Below are positions 26,101-38,300 of a stretch of DNA of 64,000 nt, one piece after another. How positions within the stretch are numbered: the stretch's first letter is position 1; every line of letters starts with the position of its first letter. The notes beneath the pieces were generated by a model. The model did no database searches. It saw only the letters and a list, made by a program, of their open reading frames with translations, and was not told the origin of the DNA. This DNA is from Dendrobates tinctorius (taxonomy: Eukaryota), in the NCBI RefSeq assembly GCF_039654945.1, contig NW_027361840.1:10664001-10728000 (forward strand), written 5' to 3'. Position numbers and translations under genes: made by a program.

Positions 26101-29100
26101 GGGGTGTCGTGCAGCACATGGGGGGGGGTGGCTATGGGATTGACTTGCGCATGGGGAGGTTATGGCGGTGTCGTGTAGAACAAGAGGAGGCTGTGGGGGG
26201 GGCCCCAGATGCAGTGTATGTGGGGAGGCTGTGGGGGGGGCCCCAGATGCAGTGTATGTGGGGAGGCTGTGGGGGGGGGGGCCCCAGATGCAGTGTATGT
26301 GGGGAGGCTGTGGGGGGGGGCCCCAGATGCAGTGTATGTGGGGAGGCTGTGGGGGGGGCCCCAGATACAGTGTATGTGGGGAGGATGTGGGGGGGGGCCC
26401 AGATGCAGTGTATGTGGGGAGGATGTGGGGGGGGGGCCCAGATGCAGTGTATGTGGGGAGGATGTGGGGGGGGGCCCAGATGCAGTGTATGTGGGGAGGC
26501 TGTGGGGGGGGGCCCAGATGCAGTGTATGTGGGGAGGATGTGGGGGGGGGCCCAGATGCAGTGTATGTGGGGAGGATGTGGGGGGGGGCCCAGATGCAGT
26601 GTATGTGGGGAGGCTGTGGGGGGGGGCCCAGATGCAGTGTATGTGGGGAGGCTGTGGGGGGGGGCCCAGATGCAGTGTATGTGGGGAGGCTGTGGGGGGG
26701 GGGCCCAGATGCAGTGTATGTGGGGAGGCTGTGGGGGGGGGGCCCAGATGCAGTGTATGTGGGGAAGGGCTGTACTCGGGTTAAAGTGGGATGTCAGCAT
26801 ACTTAATTCTGCTCAATATTAAGTGATACAATTAATATTATCAATAATATAATTATAATATATCGATATTAATATTGAGTAGAATTAAGTTCAGCCTATT
26901 GGTTCGGCCTCCACACTAGTCAGTCTCTCATGTGGCCCCTTGGGAAAAATTAATCGCCCACCCCTGATCTTAACGGTCCTCAGTGTGTTGTTAGTGAAGT
27001 AATGTGCATCACTTACATTTGTTTAATTAAACTCAGCACTGTAATGATGTCCAAAAAGCCTTTATATAGTTATGATACCTGCTCGTTTAGTCCTAGGGGT
27101 GTGATTTCTTTTTCTGTTTAGTCATGGGCGTCACCACCTACACAATTTGATTTCCCTGGTTGCGCCGACATCCCTGGAATCCAACGCTTGTGCAGTGTCG
27201 AGCGGGCAGCCGCGTTTGTGCAGAGTGGAGCCGGTCGCGCTTGCGCAGTGACAATGCTCCACACTCAACCCTGTGCAACTGCGGCCCGCTCCTCTCTCGA
27301 CACTGCACAAGCGCGGGATTTCAGTGAAGTCAGCGCAGCAAGGGAAATCAATCACATTGAGTGGGTGGCAACGCCCATGACTAAACAGAAAGTGAATCAC
27401 ACCCCTATGACTAAATGAGCAGATACAATATAATTACTGTGTATAAAGGGCTTTTTGAACATCATCACAACGCTTTGTTTAATGAAGGAAAAAATGTGTA
27501 ATGCAAACATGCTGGGGATGGTTTAGATGCTTGAAATGACGTGACAGATCCCCTTAAATGCAGTTTTCAGAGATGGTTAAACAGCAGCGATGGGAATTGG
27601 CTGTGGTCGCGCTGTTGGCGGAAGTGCCGGCTGTATGATACAGACAGAACCTGTTGTATGCGCTCCTGAGCCCGCTCCATATAATGCACATCGGACCTGA
27701 GACATGTACGCCACAGATCATTAAAGGTTATTTAGAGATAGACTGACTGTCTCGGCGTCAGGGTGTGACTGAGAGTGGGATGATGTCATCCCAATAATTA
27801 AAAGTGGTAATTAAAGACTTCCTGAATTTCTCAACCCTGTGGGAGGTGCTCAGCCTTTCCCATGTAATAAAACTATTGTCCCAAATTAAAGGCTTTTAAA
27901 TTAAAGGCTTTCTTAGTTTTATGTAATTAGCTTAATTACTGCATAATAAAGTTTTACAACTTTCATCTTTCTACCAGTATGACTTTGATACAATTCTTCA
28001 TAAGTTTACTAATTGGACCCGTAGAAGCGCTCGGGTAGCGCGAAATGGCCGTTGTCAGCTAATTCGCATCTTTTGTCACGATCCCGACTTGACATGTAAT
28101 ATATGTGTCAATAAAGCAGCAATATAATTATCCCGATGAGTGCGACCCTTTTTCTTCATGGAGTTACTAATTGGACCGTTTCTTCACTGGGCACTGCCTC
28201 TTCCAATGTTAAGACCTGAAAAAACATTCAGCGAGCGTCTAATGTACACCAACTTGTGGCTCTCAAGTTATTGTAATACTACTACTCCTACCGTGCTCTG
28301 ACGGCTGCAGGCTGCACGAAAAAATGTCGGAATTAGCCACGTCCACCAATTGGGAAGCCTTCATGAGTGCGACATCGTGGGTGACGACTGGTCTTTTGAA
28401 TGATGGGTGCATTACCGGATAACAGACCCACCACTATGTGCTGGACCTGCTCTGGCTCATCGGGAGTATCTAAGGGTTTAGCCATCTTGGCCCATGATTA
28501 TGAAGCTTCTCTCATATTATTGCTCAGAGCTTGAAATCTTCATGGACAGGAGGAGATGGTAAATCTTCAATGTCATGTACATGCTGATTGTTCCGCGCCA
28601 CATGTTGAACTTCTGGAACATTCTACCTTGACTATTAAGGCTATGTGCACATGTAGCGGAACTCTCGAAGTTACCGCGAGAATTCCAGAATTCCATTCCG
28701 CGGGAAAACTGCATTTTAAACTCTCGCGATTTTCCCATGGAAAAACTAGCGATTTGCAAGCGTAATTAGCTTGCAGAATGCTAGTGTTTTCCAAGCGATC
28801 TGTAGCATCGCTTAGAGAACTGATTGACAGGTTGGTCACACTCGTCAAACATAGTGTTTGACAAGTGTGACCAACTTTTTACTATTGAGGCTGCCTATGC
28901 GGCATCAATAGTAAAAGAATGTTAAAAATAGAAAAAAATAAAAAATAGTGTTATATTCACCTTCCGGCATCCCGCGCAGCCTTCCCGGGCCTCAGCGACC
29001 CTCCTGTTCCCAGTAATGCCTTGCGAGACCTTTGATGACGTTGCGGTCTCGCGATAATGTAGCGATCTCGCGAGGAATAGGGACTGCTACATTATCGTGA

Positions 29101-29597
29101 GACTGCGACATCATCAAAGGTCTCGCAAGGCATTACTGGGAACAGGAGCGTCGCTGAGGCCCGGGAAGGCTGCGCGGGATGCTGGAAGGTGAATATAACA
29201 CCATTTTTTATTCTATTTTTTTTTTTTCACAGGGATCTGGTACCCAAAGCCCGGAGGACAGTCTCCTCTCCTCCGGACCGTGGGTACCATCCGCAAATGT
29301 TCTGCTTACTTTTCGGATAAGTGGAACAATGCAATCCTATGGGTGCGGGATCGCTGCGATTCCGCAAAATAATGAGCATGCTGCGGATTTCTCCACTATG
29401 CGATTCCACCGCTGGAAAATCCGCAGCATTGCGGAATCCCATAGGATTGCATGGGATGCTGTGTTTTTTGCGTTTTCGCGGCAAAATCACGCGTTAAAAA
29501 CGCTGTGAAAGCGCAAAAAAAGCGACGTGTGGACGCATCCTTAATGTTTCGACTATAAATAGGTGGGGACATTAGTTGTAACATTTGTGTGTGTGTG

Positions 29598-29645
<48 letters not shown>

Positions 29646-32271
29646 CACACACACACACATGTGTGTGTATATTCTCAAAACAACACATAGACCAGCTAAC
29701 CTCCGAACTCTGGATGGTAAATACCTGTTTCCTCTGTGTTGCACGGACCAAGACTGGGAACAAGTCCAACAATGTAGAAATCATGGCAGAAGAGTCCAGC
29801 AAGCGTAAACTTCAGGTGGTATAATAAAATCCAAGAATTTTTATTGCAGATAATTTAAAAAATCCAGAGTTCAGTAACCAGATGCAGACATAATGCTGAA
29901 CAGACTACGCGTTTCGGCGGTTACAACTGCCGCCTTCACGGTCTCAAAACAGTCTCTGTTCAGCATTATGTCTGCATCTTGTTACTGAACTCTGGATTTT
30001 TTTTAAATTATCTGCAATAAAAATTCTTGGATTTTATTATACCACCTGAAGTTTCCGCTTGCTGGACTTTTCTGCCTTGAAAATATATATACAGTGGGGA
30101 AAAAAAGTATTTAGTCAGTCAGCAATAGTGCAAGTTCCACCACTTAAAAAGATGAGGGGCGTCTGTAATTTACATCATAGGTAGACCTCAACTATGGGAG
30201 AGAAACTGAGAAAAAAAAATCCAGAAGATCACATTGTCTGTTTTTTTTTCTTTTTATTTGCATATTATGGTGGAAAATAAGTATTTGGTCAGAAACAAAA
30301 TTTCATCTCAATACTTTGTGATATATCCTTTGTTGGCAATGACAGAGGTCAAACGTTTTCTGTAAGTCTTCACAAGGTTGCCACACACTGTTGTTGGTAT
30401 GTTGGCCCATTCCTCCATGCAGATCTCCTCTAGAGCAGTGATGTTTTTGGCTTTTCGCTTGGCAACACGGACTTTCAACTCCCTCCAAAGGTTTTCTATA
30501 GGGTTGAGATCTGGAGACTATAATTGTTGTTGGTATGTTGGCCCATTCCTCCATGCAGATCTCCTCTAGAGCAGTGATGTTTTTGGCTTTTCGCTTGGCA
30601 ACACAGACTTTCAACTCCCTCCAAAGGTTTTCTATAGGGTTGAGATCTGGAGACTATAATTAAACAAAACCGTTGGCACAACCCTGTAGTATTAGTGGTG
30701 CTCAAGTAGGATCCCAATCCGTGACTCGTGATATACAAAAACTTGGCACACACTCGTGGATTCTGATGCAGAAAAGTGATTGATTTTAATAAAGTACAGT
30801 ACATACAAATAGACGTTTCGGTCTATGACCTTCATCAGTGTACGTGAGACTGTACTGTGAGCTCAAAAATAACTGGGCATAAATCTAGAAATCCAATAAA
30901 TGAGGAGGCACAAAAGGCCGTTTCTCGTGGCTTGTAAATAGTAAATGGACGCGGTATCCGCCGCAAGTCAATAGCTGATGAAGGTCATAGACCGAAACGT
31001 CTATTTGTATGTACTGTACTTTATTAAAATCAATCACTTTTCTGCATCAGAATCCACGAGTGTGTGCCAAGTTTTTGTATATCACGAGATCTGGAGACTG
31101 GCTAGGCCACTCCAGGACCTTGAAATGCTTCTTACGAAGCCACTCCTTCGTTGCCCTGGCGGTGTGCTTTGGATCATTGTCATGTTGATAGACCCAGCCA
31201 CGTTTCAACTTCAATGCCCTTGCTGATGGAAGGAGGTTTACACTCAAAATCTCACGATACATGGCCCCATTCATTCTTTCATGTACACGGATCAGTCGTC
31301 CTGGCCCCTTTGCAGAGAAACAGCCCCAAAGCATAATGTTTCCACCACCATGCTTTACAGTAGGTATGGTGTTTGGAGGAAAAAGAATACTGAGTTGCAT
31401 CCATCAAACACGACAAGTTGTGTTTCTACCAAACAGTTCCAGTTTGGTTTCATCAGACCATAGGACATTCTCCCAAAACTCCTCTGGATCATCCAAATGC
31501 TCTCTAGCAAACTTCAGACGGGCCCGGACATGTACAGGCTTAAGCAGTGGGACACGTCTGGCACTGCAGGATCTGAGTCCATGGTGGCGTAGTGTGTTAC
31601 TTATGGTAGGCCTTGTTACATTGGTCCCAGCTCTCTGCAGTTCATTCACTAGGTCCCCCCGCGTGGTTCTGGGATTTTTGCTCACCGTTCTTGTGATCAT
31701 TCTGACCCCACGGGGTGGGATTTTGCGTGGAGCACCAGATCGAGGGAGATTATCAGTGGTCTTGTATGTCTTCCATTTTCTAATTATTGCTCCCACAGTT
31801 GATTTCTTCACTCCAAGCTGGTTGGCTATTGAAGATTCAGTCTTCCCAGCCTGGTGCAGGGCTACAATTTTGTTTCTGGTGTCCTTTGACAGCTCTTTGG
31901 TCTTCACCATAGTGGAGTTTGGAGTCAGACTGAGGGTTTGCACAGGTGTCTTTTTATACTGATAACAAGTTTAAACAGGTGCCATTACTACAGGTAATGA
32001 GTGGAGGAAAGAGGACTCTTAAAGAAGAAGTTACAGGTCTGTGAGAGCCAGAAATCTTGATTGCTTGTTTCTGACCAAATACTTATTTTCCACCATAATA
32101 TGCAAATAAAATGAAAAAAAAAACAGACAATGTGATTTTCTGGATTTTTTTTTTTTCTCAGTTTGTCTCCCATAGTTGAGGTCTACCTATGATGTAAATT
32201 ACAGACGCCTCTCATCTTTTTAAGTGGTGGAACTTGCACTATTGCTGACTGACTAAATACTTTTTTTCCCC

Positions 32272-32358
<87 letters not shown>

Positions 32359-35300
32359 TAAATACTCCATATTAATATCCATATATAACAAAATAAGTTG
32401 TGGAATTTTTGACACAGAGCACTAGGCTTAGTGCTAAACTAATTTTTCCTGTTCTCTCCAATGACTTTTCAGTAGTCTTATTATCATCACAGACATGGAT
32501 ACAATGACTCGTAATGCCTCTATATATTGTAGATAGCTCACTAAAGTACTGTTACTGGTCTTTGAACTCCTGACTCTTCTGATAAAGAGCCTGCTGAAAA
32601 GTATACTTCAGGCATTGTCAGGTTGGCAGTGTTAAATTGATTAAAATGATACCTGGGGTGAAGACCTCAGTCTTGTGGTTATAGTGTAATCAGTGTTAGA
32701 AATTTTCAGTTAATGACATGCCTGTGCTCCGAGGCGGGACTGTAGGCAGAATCTTATCTTCAGAGAGACCTGCCCACAGGCCGCCCCAGCACATCAGTCT
32801 GTGCGTCTGTCTCTGAGGAGGAACATGTTTGTGCATGGGGGCAGCCTGTAGGCAGGTGTCTCTTTGGGTCTCTCTGGTTTAGAGAAGGAAGATAGAATTT
32901 GTGCCCATAGTTTTGCCCTGGAGCACAGGCATCTCCTTATCTGAAAACTTTTAACATTGATTACACAAGAACAACAGGACAGATTTCTTCACCCCAGATA
33001 TCATTTTAAACCGTTTAAACACTGCCAGCCTGACATTGTCTGTAGTTTACTTGGCAAAATCCTGCTGACTTTTCTTAAAACGAACCTGCTTTAAGGAGAA
33101 AAAAAAAACACTTCTCAGAGGCTGTATCATGATTTCCTTAAATCAAAATTCTAAATTTTTTTTTCTTTCATTATTTTTAGTTATCCATATTTCCAAAAAT
33201 AATATCCCCAGACTAATACACTATTATATAAAGCATAACAACCCTTTGCGCTGTCCGAGGATCCCTAACCCTGCTGCCAATCAATTCTGTACGTGACTGT
33301 ATCCTCAGTATAAAAAATATACATTTTATTGGAGACAATTAATAGAAAATTGCAGTAAAACTTACATCTTCTCACTGTTTATCTCAAAATAAAAAACAAT
33401 ATCAATTATAATTGGCATAAAAAAAAGCCAGAATGATGAACAATCCCTTTTCGAGTTTGTGCAGTCCTTGATTGATTGGACACTGCTCCCAATGTTAGGA
33501 GGCTCTTAAAATATGAGAACGTTTCCACGTGGTGATTGTAGTATTTGTGATGAGGCCCCACAGACCCTCGTGCACACGGCAGCACTACAAGGCGGTGACC
33601 TATCGAAGTCCACGAGCCTCTGTGGAATCCATCACCTTATCTTATACATAAGCAGATACAATGTGATCTCTACACATGATGGGTTTGATGCTGGTTTGTA
33701 TACGATTAGACCAAAAGAACAACCTAGCCTCCAAACAAGTGAAAAGTTGCATATTTTTGGGTCTGACCCAAATGGTTTGAATTGAGTGGTGGTCCCTCGT
33801 GAACACCTTCGCTCTATATACTGTTTAGGGGGCTGTGGGACGTTCCCGAGTACCACCCTGTAGGTGGGAGATATGTCATTGTAGCCGTATAAGAGGGTAT
33901 CACAATATATTTCCAATCAGTGACGGCAAGCCAAGAGACATTGTGGTATCGTGAACAGAATATTCCATGGGATCCTCTGCATGTTTTTTGCTCTCTGGCG
34001 TTGAGGATGTTGGGAGTTGCGGTGATGATATCGCTGTCAGGTCATGTTTGCGCTCGTTACCTGGAGAGTCCCCCAGCGGTGTATTAGACTTTGTGGTGCG
34101 AATCATTTACACTCCACACATTAAATATTTCTCTTTTATTTGCTAATTATTTTCCACTAATTGCTTCTTTGAGAGCTTAATAGCCGTGCGTGTAAAGTTT
34201 CCTAATTGCCATGTAATTATTCACTGTGAGCGCGTGTATGAGAGAGAGCGAAAATAAATCTGTCTCTGGGCTGAAGGTTCGCTCCTTCTGGAGATGTTAG
34301 GAGCTAAAAGTCTCAGCTCTTCACGCTAGTTCTTAAAGGGATTATTTAAGTCATTTTGTGCAGGGATATGTCCACACGACCTAGGATACTTGTAATGAAC
34401 CTACAAACATTTTCTCTCTTCCTCTCAGGTGACCTTTGATGATGCCGCAGTTTATTTCTCAGAGGAACAATGGCAGAACCTGGAGGACTTTCAGAAGAAA
34501 ATATACAAGGAGCTCATCAAGGAAATCTATCAGACTATGCTGGCGCTGGGTAAGGATGGCGGTCATATAGATGTTGGTTATCGGTGATGAGCAAAGCAGA
34601 CAAAATTCTGCCGGTCACTCACGTCAGAGGTGTTCCCGATGCAAAACATCTCCCACCATTTTGCTGAAATCCACACAAAAGAATCAGAGCATTGGGAGCG
34701 GCTGGCTGCTATTTTCCTACCTGTAATAACTCTGTCCATTTCTTGTACTTCACCGGACCTGTGATTTGCTTTTAGGATGAGTCTGTTTAATCCCATGTAA
34801 TTTACCACAAAGCTTAAACTTGTATATCCCCATCTAAAGCTAGTTTCACACTAGTGTATGGCAGAGCTGCGAAGGGATGCGGACTTCCACTGTGAGCCTC
34901 TGCCCACTGCCACACCTCCTCCAGTCTGCTCCACCTACATCTGCAAGCGGCCTGCGTACCTATCTTTAACATTGGGTACGCAGGCCATGCGGATGCCTCC
35001 GCATGCGTCGTTTTGACGGTGCAGCGACCGCAACAAAATACAACACGTTGCGTTCAGTGCAGGTCACCACACCGTCAAAACGACGCATGTGGAGGCATCC
35101 GCATACATCCGCATGGCCTGCATACCCAATGTTAAAGATAGGTACGCAGGCCGCATGCAGATGTAGGTGGAGCTGACTGGAGGAGGTGTGGAAGTGGGCG
35201 GAGCTTCACAAAGGAAGTCCGCAGCTCTGCCATATGCTAGTCTGAAACTAGCCTAAGTAAATCTGCACCAAATGAAGGTGTTTGTCCTGGTGTTTGCTAA

Positions 35301-38300
35301 TGCAGTTCATGGCCAAATAACGGACTTAAGGTCTTCTGGCTATAGCCGCCGGATCAGTAGTTAGAATCCCCTTTTAGGTGGTAAAAATACATTTTTTTTC
35401 TTTTTTTTTTTTTCCAATCGTCTTGTGTCACTTTGCATACTTTCTGAAAAGCATTTGAAGGGTTAATAAACTAACGGAAAGCAATTTTCAATATGTCGAG
35501 AGGCGCTGCTTTTAAAATATTATCACTTTTGGGGGATATATATTGGCCCCCCAAAGTAATTTCAAAACTGAATTGGTCCCTTAAAGTTCTGTAAATTTTC
35601 CTTGCAAAACAATGAAAAATTACTGCTACATTTTTAAACCTTTCAATATGTTAACAAAATGGAGTTGATGTAAAGCAGACATGAGGGAAATGTTATTTAT
35701 TATTGTCTTTGTGTGTTTTGACTGTCTGGATTTAAGAGATAATCAAAGTTTGAAAAATGCTAATTTTTTTTGAAAATTTTTTCTCAAATTTCTGATATTT
35801 TTAGAAATAAACAAAACATATCAACATAAGTTTACCATTATCGTAAAGTATATTGTGCCATGAAAAAACAACGTCCAAATCAATTGGAAATATTGACGCG
35901 TTGCAGAGTTATCGCTACATAAAATGACAATAGTCAGATTTCAAAAATTTGGCCGTCATTAAGGGGTTAAATCAAATTGGTGATATTGTTGTCCAATTTA
36001 GTTCTCTTATTTATTCCATTGTTTTACAGGATATCGCATCCCAAAACCAGACATTGTGTCCCGTATTGAGCGGGGAGAAGAACCATGCGTTGATGCCAGC
36101 AAGAAGTCGAAACAGCAAGAACCACAGCCAGAGGGCACCCCAGATGGCAGCAAAGGTGCGCAGTGTCTATTATATTTCCTAATATTTAATATGCAAATAA
36201 AACTGGAATCATTTCTAAGGTACTAAACTGTCAGGGTAGAAACAAGGGCTTTATAAGCATCTAATTGCCTCTATATACAAGAATATACGGTAACTACTAT
36301 AATGCTGCCCCTATGTACAAGAATATAACTACTATAATACTGCTCCTATGTACAAGAATATAACTACTATAATACTGCCTCCTATGTACAAGAATATAAC
36401 TACTATAATACTGGCCCCTATGTACAAGAATATAACTACTATAATACTGCCCCTATGTACAAGAATATACGGTAACTACTATAATACTGCTCCTATGTAC
36501 AAAAATTTAACTACTATAATACTGCCCCTATGTACAAGAATATAACTACTATAATACTGCTCCCTATATACAAGAATATAACTACTATAATACTGCCTCC
36601 TATGTACAAAAATATAACTACTATAATACTGCCTCCTATGTACAAGAATATAACTACTATAATACTGCCCCTATGTACAAGAATATAACTACTGTAATAC
36701 TGCCCCTATGTACAAGAATATAACTGCTATAATACTGCTCCTATAGTAATTATATTCTTGTACATAGAGGCAGTATTATAGTAGTTATATTCTTGTACAT
36801 AGGGGCAGTATTATAGTAGTTATATTCTTGTACATAGGAGCAGTATTATAGTAGTTATATTCTTGTACATAGGAGCAGTATTATAGTAGTTATATTCTTG
36901 TACATAGGAGGCAGTATTATATACAAGAATATAACTACTGTAATACTGCCCCTATGTACAAGAATATAACTACACTGCGTGCAGAATTATTAGGCAAGCT
37001 GTATTTGAGAGGATTCTTTTTATTATTGAACAACTACACTCACTGGCCACTTTATTAGGTACACCTGTCCAACTGTGTGTTAAGACTTAATTTCTAATCA
37101 GCCAATCACATGGCGGCAACTCAGTGCATTTAGGCATGTAGACATGGTCAAGACAATCTCCTGCAGTTCAAACCGAGCATCAGTATGGGGAAGAAAGGTG
37201 ATTTGAGTGCCTTTGAACATGGCATGATTGTTGGTGCCAGAAGGGCTGGTCTGAGAATTTCAGAAACTGCTGATCTACTGGGATTTTCACGCACAACCAT
37301 CTCTAGGGTTTACAGAGAATGGTCCGAAAAAGAAAAAAAATCCAGTGAGCGGCAGTTCTGTGGCCGGAAATGCCATGTTGATGCCAGAGGTCAGAGGAGA
37401 ATGGGCAGACTGGTTCGAGCTGATAGAAAGGCAACAGTGACTCAAATTGCCACCCGTTACAACCAAGGTAGGCAGAAGAGCATCTCTGAACGCACAGTGC
37501 GTCGAACTTTGAGGCAGATGGGCTACAGCAGCAGAAGACCACACCGGGTACCACTCCTCTCAGCTAAGAACAGGAAACTGAGGCTACAATTTGCACAAGC
37601 TCATCGAAATTGGACAGTAGAAGATTGGAAAAACGTTGCCTGGTCTGATGAGTCTCGATTTCTGCTGCGACATTCGGATGGTCGGGTCAGAATTTGGCGT
37701 AAACAACATGAAAGCATGGATCCATCCTGCCTTGTATCAACGGTTCAGGCTGGTGGTGGTGGTGTCATGGTGTGGGGAATTTTTTCTGGGCACTCTTTGG
37801 GCCCCTTGGTACCAATTGAGCATCGTTGCAACGCCACAGCCTACCTGAGTATTGTTGCTGACCATGTCCATCCCTTTGTGACCACAATGTACCCAACATC
37901 TGATGGCTACTTTCAGCAGGATAATGCGCCATGTCATAAAGCTCGAATCATCTCAGATTGGTTTCTTGAACATGACAATGAGTTTACTGTACTCAAATGG
38001 CCTCCTCAGTCACCAGATCTCAATCCAATAGAGCATCTTTGGGATGTGGTGGAACGGGAGATTCGCATCAGGGATGTGCAGCCGACAAATCTGCGCCAAC
38101 TGTGTGATGCCATCATGTCAATATGGTCCAAAATCTCTGAGGAATGCTTCCAGCACCTTGTTGAATCTCTGCCACGAAGAATTGAGGCCGTTCTGAAGGC
38201 AAAAGGGGGTCCAACCCCTTACTAGCATGGTGTACCTAATAAAGTGGCCAGTGAGTGTATGTTCTCAATCAACCCAAAAGACTCATAAATATCAAAGCTT

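Larger units (their letters stand above)
30092..32275 (-). mobile_element. Tc1 element, DD34E, IR/DR-type long TIRs, disrupted
   Basis: TA|CAGTGGGGAAAAAAAGTATTTAGTCAGTC ... GACTGACTAAATACTTTTTTTCCCCACTG; ORF pieces [16 protein letters not shown]...WSDETK and QHDNDPKH...SPDL; interrupted at the SPDL codons by a PLE insert and a 136-bp tandem duplication (30389-30524/30525-30660). Confidence 0.92.

Noticed and set aside
26052-26822. Gly/Cys-rich ORFs resembling keratin-associated proteins
   Set aside because: All three frames are open and the peptide switches with G-run length; it is a VNTR inside a MITE
33200-34130. Possible Penelope-like 3' region (minus-strand AATAAA near 33325, distinct composition)
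   Set aside because: No hammerhead core, ORF remnant or TSD could be identified, so it was left unannotated
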